Shown piece after piece: positions 27,640 through 36,155 of a DNA stretch of 64,000 nt (positions are counted from its first letter, which is position 1; each line of letters begins with the position of its first letter). The DNA is from Shigella phage CM8: the sequence record MK962750; one strand, written 5' to 3'. The position numbers and the translations under genes were made by a program. The notes beneath the pieces were generated by a model, which worked only from the letters and a program-made list of their open reading frames with translations, was not told the origin of the DNA and made no database searches.

Positions 27640-27680
27640 GATAGAAAAATTATACCACAGTCAAGAGGAAAAGTAAACAG
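27640..27680 (-). promoter_or_regulatory. Early-promoter-like module upstream of regB
   Basis: gtaaac at 27673-27678 with upstream tataccacag -10-like region. Confidence 0.45.
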
Positions 27681-27959
27681 TTATTCTTTAAATCTAATCA
27701 ATTTATTCATAGACTTTGAAACTTCTGCACGGACCTCATGAAGGTTTTTGAGCTGTTCAAGACGTTGCTCATAGTAAGCAATTTCATCTTCTTCAAGACA
27801 GTCCTGTGAATCTTCTTTAAGATAACGTGCATAGTCCTGAAAAGCTTTACGGACTACTTCCTGGAAGTCATCAAGACTTTGAATTTTCTTAGGAGCAGCA
27901 GACACACGACGAGGGGCAGTATAATACTCATAACCAAACCCTGCGCTTAATTGAGCCAT
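27681..27959 (-). CDS. Hypothetical protein
   Basis: Start trimmed to ATG at 27957-27959 ([13 protein letters not shown]...). Confidence 0.4.
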   Translation of the reverse strand: MAQLSAGFGYEYYTAPRRVSAAPKKIQSLDDFQEVVRKAFQDYARYLKEDSQDCLEEDEIAYYEQRLEQLKNLHEVRAEVSKSMNKLIRFKE

Positions 27960-28261
27960 TAGTATTTTTCCTCTGGTTGGAACACAGCACGACAAGCCCA
28001 CATACTGGCTTCTTTGAGTTTCGTTTTAGCAATAGCTAAATGATCGAGGCTTTCAGCGTAATTCTTCGCGAGTTCAAAGTCTTCGCAATTATCTAGTGCT
28101 TCCCAGAATTCATCATATAAAGCATCAAAGATAAGTCCTAAACGAACTTCAGCGTCTTTAATAGCATTTACTTTACCGATTTTTTCGTCGGTATGTGGCT
28201 TATAACCTTTAATATCTTCAATCATATTTGACTTCCTCACCAGTACATAAATCGTATTCAA
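27959..28261 (-). CDS. Hypothetical protein
   Basis: 100-aa acidic ORF. Confidence 0.4.
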   Translation of the reverse strand: MNTIYVLVRKSNMIEDIKGYKPHTDEKIGKVNAIKDAEVRLGLIFDALYDEFWEALDNCEDFELAKNYAESLDHLAIAKTKLKEASMWACRAVFQPEEKY

Positions 28262-28439
28262 CTAAACGAATAGGTTCATGAATGCCATATCCTTGAACAG
28301 AAATTTCTGTCGTAGGATAAATTCCATTAATATCACCCATGTTCCATGCTTCGTTAAATTGCTGTTCGCCTGAATTACTAAACCACTCGGCGAAAGCATT
28401 TAGCACATCTTCAGAACCTTCAATAATTATCTTTGCCAT
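28218..28439 (-). CDS. Hypothetical small protein
   Basis: 73-aa ORF. Confidence 0.4.
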   Translation of the reverse strand: MAKIIIEGSEDVLNAFAEWFSNSGEQQFNEAWNMGDINGIYPTTEISVQGYGIHEPIRLVEYDLCTGEEVKYD

Positions 28440-28801
28440 TACAAACTCTCGGTGAAGGTACGAGCGATAACGTCGCGCTGCTGTTCCGGAGTCAGAGAGT
28501 TAAAGCGAACTGCATAACCGGATACACGGATGGTCAGCTGCGGATATTTTTCCGGATGCTTAACTGCATCTTCCAGAGTTTCACGACGCAGAACGTTAAC
28601 GTTCAGGTGTTGACCACCTTCAATTTTAACTGTAGGCTGTTGCTCAATTTCAATTTCACGGGCATGCAAACCATAGAAAATTTCTGGGTCTACAAAAGAG
28701 TCCTCTTTAAAGGTTTTAGAGACAATAATTCGTGCTTGAATACCATCTTCAAAATAAATAGTACCTTTATGTGTGCCTTCAAGAATTTGATATGCTTTCA
28801 T
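28439..28801 (-). CDS. Autonomous glycyl-radical cofactor-like protein (GrcA/YfiD-like)
   Basis: 120 aa; C-terminal [25 protein letters not shown] carries the glycyl-radical fingerprint (RVSGY) of pyruvate formate-lyase C-termini and GrcA. Confidence 0.65.
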   Translation of the reverse strand: MKAYQILEGTHKGTIYFEDGIQARIIVSKTFKEDSFVDPEIFYGLHAREIEIEQQPTVKIEGGQHLNVNVLRRETLEDAVKHPEKYPQLTIRVSGYAVRFNSLTPEQQRDVIARTFTESL

Positions 28802-28807
28802 ATAACC

Positions 28808-29188
28808 TCAATTAGAAAATAAATTTATCCAAGATTGTTCTTTAATTAAAAATGGCTCAGAATCATATGCCATTAAACTCTGTGTGATTAGTCCTTTAAA
28901 AGGCCCATCAATAAATTCCATGGTAAAATATGGAATTTTATTCATTAGCCGTGCATTAGGAGCCGTGCACAAAACTCTGCATCCTTTGAATACGCCTTTT
29001 TGTAATTTGTATTGCTTGGGATAAAATTCGCTCAAAATGTTATTTTTTGCCAAAATTTCAAAATGATTCACCAATTTATTTTTAATAGTTTTTGGCGAAA
29101 AATAAAGATATTCGAAAAGCTGAGTGTCTGTCATCATTGCATTCCGATTACGAAAAACTGTGGACGAGTAATACCACCAATGCAACAT
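28808..29188 (-). CDS. Hypothetical protein (start uncertain)
   Basis: 126-aa ORF overlapping the next ORF's 3' end. Confidence 0.3.
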   Translation of the reverse strand: MLHWWYYSSTVFRNRNAMMTDTQLFEYLYFSPKTIKNKLVNHFEILAKNNILSEFYPKQYKLQKGVFKGCRVLCTAPNARLMNKIPYFTMEFIDGPFKGLITQSLMAYDSEPFLIKEQSWINLFSN

Positions 29189-29673
29189 TTAATATTACAG
29201 CAGCAGTGTACAGTGTCAATATGGACACTATAAATCTTATCCATATCAGGAGATTTGACAGGCTCATCAATTATATACAAAATTCGCGAAAGCGATAAAC
29301 CTCTGAACTTGCTTCCTTTATTACCAATAAAACTGCGCACAGAATCAGTAAATAAACGAAAACGTATATCATCATTAGAATAACGCGAAAATTCCTTTTT
29401 AATATTATCTGCGGAAATTTTAGCGTAAGCTGAAGTATTAGAAAGAACAATAACTGTTCCACCGTCATACAACCAATTAGCGGCAAAATTAGTTACTGCA
29501 GTTGATTTACCAGATTGACGCCCACCATCTAGTCGAAGTGTACAATACTGTTTAAGTAAGTCTTCAAATGGCGGGATATATTCGTTTTTACAAATTTCTT
29601 CTACTCTAGCATCAGAATGGTGTGTAAAAGCATTCATCAGGGATAGATAAGGACCAGTTAAAAATGTTCTCAT
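29134..29673 (-). CDS. Hypothetical P-loop protein
   Basis: ATG at 29671-29673; Walker-A-like GGRQSGKSTAV. Confidence 0.4.
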   Translation of the reverse strand: MRTFLTGPYLSLMNAFTHHSDARVEEICKNEYIPPFEDLLKQYCTLRLDGGRQSGKSTAVTNFAANWLYDGGTVIVLSNTSAYAKISADNIKKEFSRYSNDDIRFRLFTDSVRSFIGNKGSKFRGLSLSRILYIIDEPVKSPDMDKIYSVHIDTVHCCCNIKCCIGGITRPQFFVIGMQ

Positions 29674-29818
29674 TTTGTTCTCTCTAGGTTTGGGCCATTC
29701 CATGGCGCATGAATTGTCCATTTCTGTATTTACCCATTACCGCACTTGGGCTCGACCTTATTACAGGTTGGCGGGAATCCCTCACAGAATCATGAGGTCC
29801 AGGTTATTCCCATGTTAT

Positions 29819-30235
29819 TTAAATGTAAATATTTTTGCCGTAATACTTATACCAGTGTGGCTTCATTAAAATTTTTTCATCGAGTCGTTGTTGACTCAAC
29901 TTAATAGCTGATTTGCATGGATTATAATCATTTTTCCATTCTACTGGAATATCGCTGATGTCAGGAACTTCAGTATCTTTTATACTGAACCCGCGTTTTA
30001 AGCATTCCGTTATAATGTCCGATTGACGCTTTCGCAAAAATTCTAACTTATCGTAAAAGAAAGTAACATGACCAGAACCTAAAATAAATTTAGAAGATAT
30101 TTTAAAATCTTTAACGCGCTTACCGTTTGCCACATGCTTACGAACTATACCAAAAACACGCGGCAATTCACGGTATTCTGCGATTAAATGTTGATCAGCA
30201 AGTTCAGATACTAAAGTCAAATTAATACGAGTCAT
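29819..30235 (-). CDS. denV: Endonuclease V (pyrimidine-dimer DNA glycosylase)
   Basis: 138 aa, [29 protein letters not shown]..., near-identical to recalled T4 EndoV. Confidence 0.93.
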   Translation of the reverse strand: MTRINLTLVSELADQHLIAEYRELPRVFGIVRKHVANGKRVKDFKISSKFILGSGHVTFFYDKLEFLRKRQSDIITECLKRGFSIKDTEVPDISDIPVEWKNDYNPCKSAIKLSQQRLDEKILMKPHWYKYYGKNIYI

Positions 30236-30254
30236 TTTATCCCTCCAAGTAACT

Positions 30255-30292
30255 GTGAATATACTATCACAATTCTAGGAGAAAGTAAACAA
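30255..30292 (-). promoter_or_regulatory. Early-promoter-like module for denV, overlapping the 3' end of e
   Basis: gtaaac at 30285-30290; GGAGGG Shine-Dalgarno at 30241-30246 (reverse complement) before the denV ATG. Confidence 0.45.
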
Positions 30293-30294
30293 CT

Positions 30295-30825
<531 letters not shown>

Positions 30826-31281
30826 TTAAAAGAGGCTGTTCATTATTCGGTAAAGTGAAGGACCCATCACATATTGCCACTGAGTACGAGGAATAAGGGC
30901 AAAAGCATCCATCTCTGGAATCATAACACCATCTTTATTTTCAAAATAAGACTCGCAATGGCAATTTCTGAACATCTCATGCTCTACTGGAATCGTATAA
31001 TAAAATAACTGTAAGTCTTTATTACTAGAATATTTAAATACACCTAGGTCTTCTAGAAGGTCTGGATTATAATTGCTAAAACCGGTCTCTTCTAAGCATT
31101 CTCTTTTTGCAGCTTCCAGTGCATTCAAATCAGAACTTTCTACGCGGCCCTTTGGAATATCCCAGCGATGTGCCATCATTCCAGGCTTACGAGAACCAGT
31201 AACCCGACCCATAAATAAATCTTTATCTTCTGTCATAAAGATAATACCAGCTGATAGTGTTTTCATTTTAATTTCCTGCAT
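30826..31281 (-). CDS. nudE: Nudix hydrolase
   Basis: 151 aa with Nudix box GRVESSDLNALEAAKRECLEETG; adjacent to e as in T4 (e.1). Confidence 0.85.
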   Translation of the reverse strand: MQEIKMKTLSAGIIFMTEDKDLFMGRVTGSRKPGMMAHRWDIPKGRVESSDLNALEAAKRECLEETGFSNYNPDLLEDLGVFKYSSNKDLQLFYYTIPVEHEMFRNCHCESYFENKDGVMIPEMDAFALIPRTQWQYVMGPSLYRIMNSLF

Positions 31282-31454
31282 TCAGTGATAAAGTTATTTA
31301 AATTTTGAGTATATTTCTTTTCATCAAAAATCTTTTGTTGTCTGCGTAAACGCCATGGCATTTCAATGAACATACGCCATATTCCTGATAATACTGCTGC
31401 TGTAAAAATATTAACAAGTATAGTTAAAAGAACCCAATCTCCTATTCTGTCCAT
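31263..31454 (-). CDS. Hypothetical small membrane protein
   Basis: 63 aa with one hydrophobic helix. Confidence 0.35.
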   Translation of the reverse strand: MDRIGDWVLLTILVNIFTAAVLSGIWRMFIEMPWRLRRQQKIFDEKKYTQNLNNFITECRKLK

Positions 31455-31752
31455 TGGATTTTTTTATAAAAAAGTAAAATACGAACGATGATATAGGAAG
31501 ACTAATGATATACCACAGAAGAACCTTCTTATCTGTGAACCAATCAGCATTCGTTAACTTAGCGCGACCGTTTTGAATACATACGAACTTATCATCTGTT
31601 ACAGTAAATGGCTTAGCTGCTTGATATCCCATTCTAAACTCCCTAATCAACAAATTTTTCATATCTTCGGAACAACCATTCCAGTCAACTCTATCAACTG
31701 AAATGCCATCATCCCCATCATCTAAATCATACCAGCGAGTTTTTAAAATCAT
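31411..31752 (-). CDS. Hypothetical protein
   Basis: 113-aa ORF with C-terminal hydrophobic segment. Confidence 0.4.
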   Translation of the reverse strand: MILKTRWYDLDDGDDGISVDRVDWNGCSEDMKNLLIREFRMGYQAAKPFTVTDDKFVCIQNGRAKLTNADWFTDKKVLLWYIISLPISSFVFYFFIKKSNGQNRRLGSFNYTC

Positions 31753-32111
31753 TTAATTTTCCTACAATCACTCACAAACTCTTTCATTGACTCATTTTCA
31801 ATATAAGACATGTAGCTATTATATTCTTTTAATTGTATTTTGTAATCTTTTTTTCTTTGCCAATTTATTTTAAAATTATCATAATGAAAATATAAAATGA
31901 TACCAAAGAATGAAAACAATGAAATAATTTTAGTATAACAAAGCTCACTCCAAACTTCTGTTATATTTACTGTGCCGTCGATGTTTAAAATAAGACAGTC
32001 AATTAACAATCCAAAAAGACTACCTGCAAGAGCTGCAGCCAACGCCACAGCAAAAATTAAAAATGACTCAGAAAACGAATATTTGACTTTATTTAGTTTT
32101 GGCTTTTGCAT
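31749..32111 (-). CDS. Hypothetical membrane protein
   Basis: 120 aa with two hydrophobic helices. Confidence 0.4.
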   Translation of the reverse strand: MQKPKLNKVKYSFSESFLIFAVALAAALAGSLFGLLIDCLILNIDGTVNITEVWSELCYTKIISLFSFFGIILYFHYDNFKINWQRKKDYKIQLKEYNSYMSYIENESMKEFVSDCRKIK

Positions 32112-32506
32112 CGTGATTCCTTAACAAATTTCATAATTTCATCAAATTCATACGCAGCAAGTTTAAGCTGATGTTCCTTTTTAATCTTTTTACACTGTGC
32201 TTTCCAATCACGCACGCGTTTACGATAATGCCTTCCTTGATACCAGTATCCTACCCAATTTACGGGTACTAATAAAAGTGGAACTATTAATGGAAGAATT
32301 AGCATTAACACAAGTATTTCGCCAGAATCAATATCAGTCATAACATCTAAAACACCTCCAATAATCAATAGAATTACAAATGATATGAGTATAACAGGAC
32401 CTATTAACACATCAGTAGAAATTATCTGACGCTTTAATTCATACTTCAACGGTTTACTTGGAAGGTATAGTGATGGCTTTGACATATTCTCTACATTCCT
32501 TAACAA
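32093..32506 (-). CDS. Hypothetical membrane protein
   Basis: 137 aa with two hydrophobic helices. Confidence 0.4.
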   Translation of the reverse strand: MLRNVENMSKPSLYLPSKPLKYELKRQIISTDVLIGPVILISFVILLIIGGVLDVMTDIDSGEILVLMLILPLIVPLLLVPVNWVGYWYQGRHYRKRVRDWKAQCKKIKKEHQLKLAAYEFDEIMKFVKESRCKSQN

Positions 32507-33068
32507 ATTTTTCTAGTAATAAATCACTTTCAAAATTGGGATTTTCTACAAATTTATCAAAAAGATCATCAACAATAGTTAAGATATTCTTTTTACTAAG
32601 AATACGTTTATTTTCATGCTTCGTTTCAGAATCAACTATAAGAGTAAAGAAATATTTCTTGCCCTGAAATTTTACAGTAGTATCAATATAAAATAAATTT
32701 GACTTTTGTAAATTACGTTTAAACCATGCGTCACTTAAACTATAAACACCGAGATAATCAAAATCGTCGTTTAAATAACAAACCGTCCATTCAGGAGAAA
32801 TGAAATCAGTAAATTCAACATCAAAATCACACGTCAATGAATGAATTGATTCAATACTGTTAATGAGTATTCCAGGACGTATTAAAGACTTTTTACCTCT
32901 AGAAAATCTTCCGGAAAGGCTTTCATCAGTTTCATATGAAGACCCCCAATAGTAATTACGTCCTTCTGCCATGCGTTTAAGAGCATTTAGTAATTGGTCT
33001 GGAACATCAACCTGTCTTTGGAACTCTTCAAACATTGAATTGAAATCACTTTGCATTTTCATTTTCAT
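32454..33068 (-). CDS. Hypothetical protein
   Basis: 204-aa ORF with ATG start. Confidence 0.45.
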   Translation of the reverse strand: MKMKMQSDFNSMFEEFQRQVDVPDQLLNALKRMAEGRNYYWGSSYETDESLSGRFSRGKKSLIRPGILINSIESIHSLTCDFDVEFTDFISPEWTVCYLNDDFDYLGVYSLSDAWFKRNLQKSNLFYIDTTVKFQGKKYFFTLIVDSETKHENKRILSKKNILTIVDDLFDKFVENPNFESDLLLEKFVKECREYVKAITIPSK

Positions 33069-33109
33069 TCCTATTTACTCCAAGTATAAGGGGCCGAAGC
33101 CCCTTATCA

Positions 33110-33703
33110 TTATTTCAGAGAATTAATGTATTCCTGAACATCGGCAGAGGTAGTTTCAACCCCAGAAATATTACCGTTAAAGGTTTCAACTCGAGCAAGG
33201 GTATCTTCAATATCAACCTTAGTCAGTGCTGCAATTTCAACTACATCATCAGCAGTACTAATTCCAAGGGCATTTGCTGCACGAGTTTCACGGATATATT
33301 CCAATTTAACTGCAAGTTCTTGGCGAGCATCATCCAATTCAACTACTTTCTTGGCGATTTCAATTCGCATTTCAGCATAACCATCAGCTTTAGTAGTCAA
33401 CTGTTCAGCTGTTCGACGATATAGCAAGCCGAGTTTAGCATGCATTGTTACATCTTGACTTTCAGAAAGAAGCTTGCGAATTTCACGCTCTTTTGATTCG
33501 GCCTGTCGATTCTTTTCGACAATAAGTTCACGAATACGTTTTTCTTCATTAATAGATTTAACAGAAGCAGTTTTTAGATCTTTAATTTTATCAAGTAGTT
33601 TTGCTGCTGCAGCAGTATACTGTTCTTCGACAGATAGATTTTTAGCCATAGCAGAACCAAGTTTAGTGCGAATAAACTCAACAATTTTCTTCAGTGTGTT
33701 CAT
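33110..33703 (-). CDS. Hypothetical coiled-coil protein
   Basis: 197 aa, largely predicted helical with charged heptads. Confidence 0.45.
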   Translation of the reverse strand: MNTLKKIVEFIRTKLGSAMAKNLSVEEQYTAAAAKLLDKIKDLKTASVKSINEEKRIRELIVEKNRQAESKEREIRKLLSESQDVTMHAKLGLLYRRTAEQLTTKADGYAEMRIEIAKKVVELDDARQELAVKLEYIRETRAANALGISTADDVVEIAALTKVDIEDTLARVETFNGNISGVETTSADVQEYINSLK

Positions 33704-33991
33704 AGTATTTCCTTAGGTTGATTAAGATTTAAAATCCGTGAGAGTATTATACTCCGGATAGTTTGTAAACTATTTCAACATCGCCTTTTGCTGCTTTATA
33801 ACCTTCAGCCCAAGATATAACCGAGTTTTTATCTGAAGATTCAAATTCTGGCATTGGGCTTTCGCCAATGTTCACGCAGTATGTTTCTTCATTTTCGTCG
33901 AACCAAATAATTAAAGTAGTCATTTATTTCTCCGTTTCTGTATTTGTTTTGATAAGTCTATAATAACACCGTCCTTGGTGTTTGTACACAA

Positions 33992-34255
33992 TTATTTCAT
34001 ATTATTGAAATATTCTTCTGCGATTTCGTCGTTATCATGGTAAACTTTAGAAGACAGTTTAACATAACCTTCAGCAGTGAACATGTTAATCACAACCTTT
34101 ACAGTATACCACTGACCATCTTCATTACCCATTACTGCGTAAGTTTCAAACATCGGATGGTCAGGACCGATAACTTTAATATCATTCACTGTACGACCGA
34201 AATCTTCTGAAACACATTTCATAAAGAAGTTGAACAGCTCACCGTAATTATCCAT
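33992..34255 (-). CDS. Hypothetical protein
   Basis: ORF-track start is TTG inside the promoter; ATG at 34253-34255 after GGAGAA gives MDNYGELFNFF... (87 aa). Confidence 0.45.
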   Translation of the reverse strand: MDNYGELFNFFMKCVSEDFGRTVNDIKVIGPDHPMFETYAVMGNEDGQWYTVKVVINMFTAEGYVKLSSKVYHDNDEIAEEYFNNMK

Positions 34256-34294
34256 TTCATTCTCCAAGTTGTTTTCTGTATCAGTAGTTGATAG

Positions 34295-34328
34295 TTGTAT
34301 AGTACCATGGAAGGACAAGGATGTAAAC
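34295..34328 (-). promoter_or_regulatory. Early-promoter-like module
   Basis: tgtaaacc at 34322-34328 and ttgtatagtacc just upstream on plus. Confidence 0.5.
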
Positions 34329-34465
34329 CGTTTTGTGAAAAAATTTTTAAAAAGTTTTGGGGAATTCTAGGGCAGGAAGGGGAAATCAAAGGATAGGATA
34401 ATATATTATAAAGGGTAGAAACTAAATGATGTCTAGAGAGGCCTGGAAAGGCCTAGATACCAAAA

Positions 34466-34489
34466 AGCCCCAACCTTTCGGTCGGGGCT
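34466..34489 (-). terminator. Intrinsic terminator (agccccaacc-tttcg-gtcggggct plus T5 on the minus strand)
   Basis: Inverted repeat seen in sequence; same element recurs at 35021-35044. Confidence 0.6.
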
Positions 34490-34496
34490 AAGAATG

Positions 34497-34970
34497 TTAT
34501 TTGATTTGTTTAGCAGACCAAATGCGATCTTTAATAATTTTTTGGATGTCTTCAACATACTCAAGAGAGTGAGCATGTGGATTATCTTTGAAACTATAAG
34601 CACGAGCTAGTTTTTGGCCTTCAGTTTTGATTACTAAAAGCTCTTTAAGGATAGCTTCATATTTGGAGATAATTCCTTTAACAATATTTTTTTCTTGTGC
34701 AGCTTTAGGATCTGCTTTAGGAGCAGGTTTACCCGAAGCCTTTGCAAAAGCAGCGCCAGTAGCAACTAAACTTTTCCAGGCCATACTAACTGCATTTCCC
34801 GTAAATCCTTCCGCTTTCATGTCGCGTGCGAACTGGAATCGCGATTCATCAGAAGCATCTTTATAAGAATATTTACCCGCTGCAATGGCTGCTTTTGCGA
34901 CAGCTTGAATTTCGGTGCTAGATGCTTCATTTAACACCGCTTCATTTAAAAATTGAGTATATGATTTCAT
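34497..34970 (-). CDS. Basic Ala/Lys-rich protein with capsid-targeting-like N-terminus; candidate internal (head-packaged) protein
   Basis: 157 aa; N-terminus MKSYTQFLNEAVLNE resembles the T4 internal-protein leader MKTYQEFIAEA; a late promoter lies upstream. Confidence 0.5.
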   Translation of the reverse strand: MKSYTQFLNEAVLNEASSTEIQAVAKAAIAAGKYSYKDASDESRFQFARDMKAEGFTGNAVSMAWKSLVATGAAFAKASGKPAPKADPKAAQEKNIVKGIISKYEAILKELLVIKTEGQKLARAYSFKDNPHAHSLEYVEDIQKIIKDRIWSAKQIK

Positions 34971-35006
34971 CTTATTTCCTGTTTTAATTCGTGGTTTTAA
35001 TATACT

Positions 35007-35014
35007 TATTTATA
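35007..35014 (-). promoter_or_regulatory. Late promoter (TATAAATA) upstream of the 34970 start
   Basis: Plus-strand tatttata at 35007-35014, about 37 nt upstream of the ATG. Confidence 0.55.
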
Positions 35015-35020
35015 CTAAAA

Positions 35021-35044
35021 AGCCCCAACCTTTCGGTCGGGGCT
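35021..35044 (-). terminator. Intrinsic terminator, second copy of the agccccaacc/gtcggggct hairpin
   Basis: Same sequence as 34466-34489, followed by a T-run on the minus strand; closes the stable-RNA region. Confidence 0.55.
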
Positions 35045-35054
35045 AAGCCTTGCG

Positions 35055-35350
35055 GCAACCTTGTCGGGGTTCCACCTGCTAAGGCAAGTGTTTGTACGAA
35101 ACGCCGGGATTCGAACCCGGTTATTAAGCAGTTGACGCTACTCAATATTTTTAAAAGGCCATATCTCGACCATATCCGAACGTTCCGTCAAAAACGCTAC
35201 TCGGCTTACGGCAAAGATATTTCCTCGAATCGATAATTCGGTGCGCCGTTTCTGCTGTGATGTAAGAGGGCATCAATAAACGCAAAGATTATTAACGCAA
35301 TTCCTTACTCAGGGAACATCAGTCCGACGACTTACCGGTAGCGACCCGGT
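35055..35350 (-). ncRNA. Putative stable small RNA region, tRNA-like in part
   Basis: ~300 nt without an ORF between a terminator and a protein gene; canonical T-arm ccgggTTCGAATcccgg (reverse complement of 35103-35120) and a 7-bp acceptor-like pairing (cggaacg/cgtttcg), but the D-to-T distance is too long for a standard tRNA. Confidence 0.3.
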
Positions 35351-35353
35351 TTC

Positions 35354-35704
35354 TTAATATTCTTTTAAAGCATCAATCTGTTTACGGCGTTCACGCCATA
35401 AATCAATTGCTTCATACGCGGATTCAACATTTCGAATTGGACGGCATTTATATAAAGATTTGTGATTTTGATATTGCGTAGATAACGGAATTTTATCTAA
35501 AAGGTCTTTACGTTCAAAGTATTCGTAACCATCTAAGCCAAATGAACGATTTTTGAGAAATTGCCAATGACCAAATTCGTTTTGAATATAAATATAATCC
35601 GCATGTTGATAAAGTAAATTAATTTCACGAAATGAGATATGTTTTTCATATTCATTGAAGTAAAATGTTAAATCATGAACTACTAAATAAACATTACCTT
35701 TCAT
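35354..35704 (-). CDS. Hypothetical protein inside the RNA-gene region
   Basis: 116 aa, ATG start, aromatic-rich. Confidence 0.45.
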   Translation of the reverse strand: MKGNVYLVVHDLTFYFNEYEKHISFREINLLYQHADYIYIQNEFGHWQFLKNRSFGLDGYEYFERKDLLDKIPLSTQYQNHKSLYKCRPIRNVESAYEAIDLWRERRKQIDALKEY

Positions 35705-35722
35705 ATTTTCCTCACTTATAAT

Positions 35723-35798
35723 TGGTCGAGGCAGTAGGGATCGAACCTACGACCTAGGACTTAGAAGGTCCTTGCTCTTCCTTCTGAGCTATGCCCCG
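35723..35798 (-). tRNA. tRNA-Arg (anticodon UCU)
   Basis: 76-nt cloverleaf by hand: acceptor cggggca/tgcctcg, anticodon stem aggac/gtcct with loop cttctaa, T-arm gtagg-ttcgatc-cctac, encoded CCA. Confidence 0.8.
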
Positions 35799-35802
35799 TA
35801 AT

Positions 35803-35890
35803 TGGGGTGACCGATGGGAGTCGAACCACCCGAGTCGCAATGACAATGGATTTACAGTCCACACCGCTACCTCTACGGGATAACTCCCCT
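35803..35890 (-). tRNA. Degenerate tRNA-like element (possible remnant or atypical tRNA; anticodon-like GUA)
   Basis: Has a TTCGACT T-loop-like motif, terminal CCA and a 5-bp stem with loop ctgtaaa, but no consistent acceptor or T stem could be paired by hand. Confidence 0.25.
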
Positions 35891-35902
35891 TAATTCTTAA
35901 TT

Positions 35903-35977
35903 TGGTGGCCCTGGGTGGAATTGAACCACCATCTGGCGATTATGAGTCGCTTGCTTGAACCTTCCAGCTACAGGGCC
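35903..35977 (-). tRNA. tRNA with CAU anticodon (Ile2-type or Met)
   Basis: Acceptor ggccctg/cagggcc, anticodon loop ctcataa, T-arm ggtgg-ttcaatt-ccacc, encoded CCA. Confidence 0.7.
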
Positions 35978-35978
35978 T

Positions 35979-36054
35979 TGGTGCTGATTGACGGAATCGA
36001 ACCGCCGACCTTCTCATTACAAGTGAGTTGCTCTACCTACTGAGCTAAATCAGC
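35979..36054 (-). tRNA. tRNA-Thr (anticodon UGU)
   Basis: Acceptor gctgatt/aatcagc, anticodon loop cttgtaa, T-loop ttcgatt, encoded CCA. Confidence 0.8.
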
Positions 36055-36059
36055 AAAAC

Positions 36060-36149
36060 TGGCGGAGGCGATAGGATTTGAACCTATGAGTCGCCGGAGC
36101 GACTGCCGGTTTTCAAGACCGGTGCATTAAACCACTCTGCCACGCCTCC
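36060..36149 (-). tRNA. tRNA-Ser (anticodon UGA), class II with long variable arm
   Basis: Acceptor ggaggcg/cgcctcc, anticodon stem-loop ccggt-cttgaaa-accgg, long variable arm, T-loop ttcaaat, CCA. Confidence 0.85.
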
Positions 36150-36155
36150 AAATAT

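Noticed and set aside
33110-33703. PspA/IM30-like identity for the 197-aa coiled-coil protein
   Set aside because: Only generic coiled-coil character and a trivial shared pentapeptide were seen; no family-specific motif could be verified by eye.
35903-35977. Calling the CAU-anticodon tRNA initiator tRNA-Met
   Set aside because: T4-type phages are recalled to encode an Ile-decoding tRNA in this cluster and a CAU anticodon can be lysidine-modified to read AUA; identity left as Ile2-type or Met without modification data.
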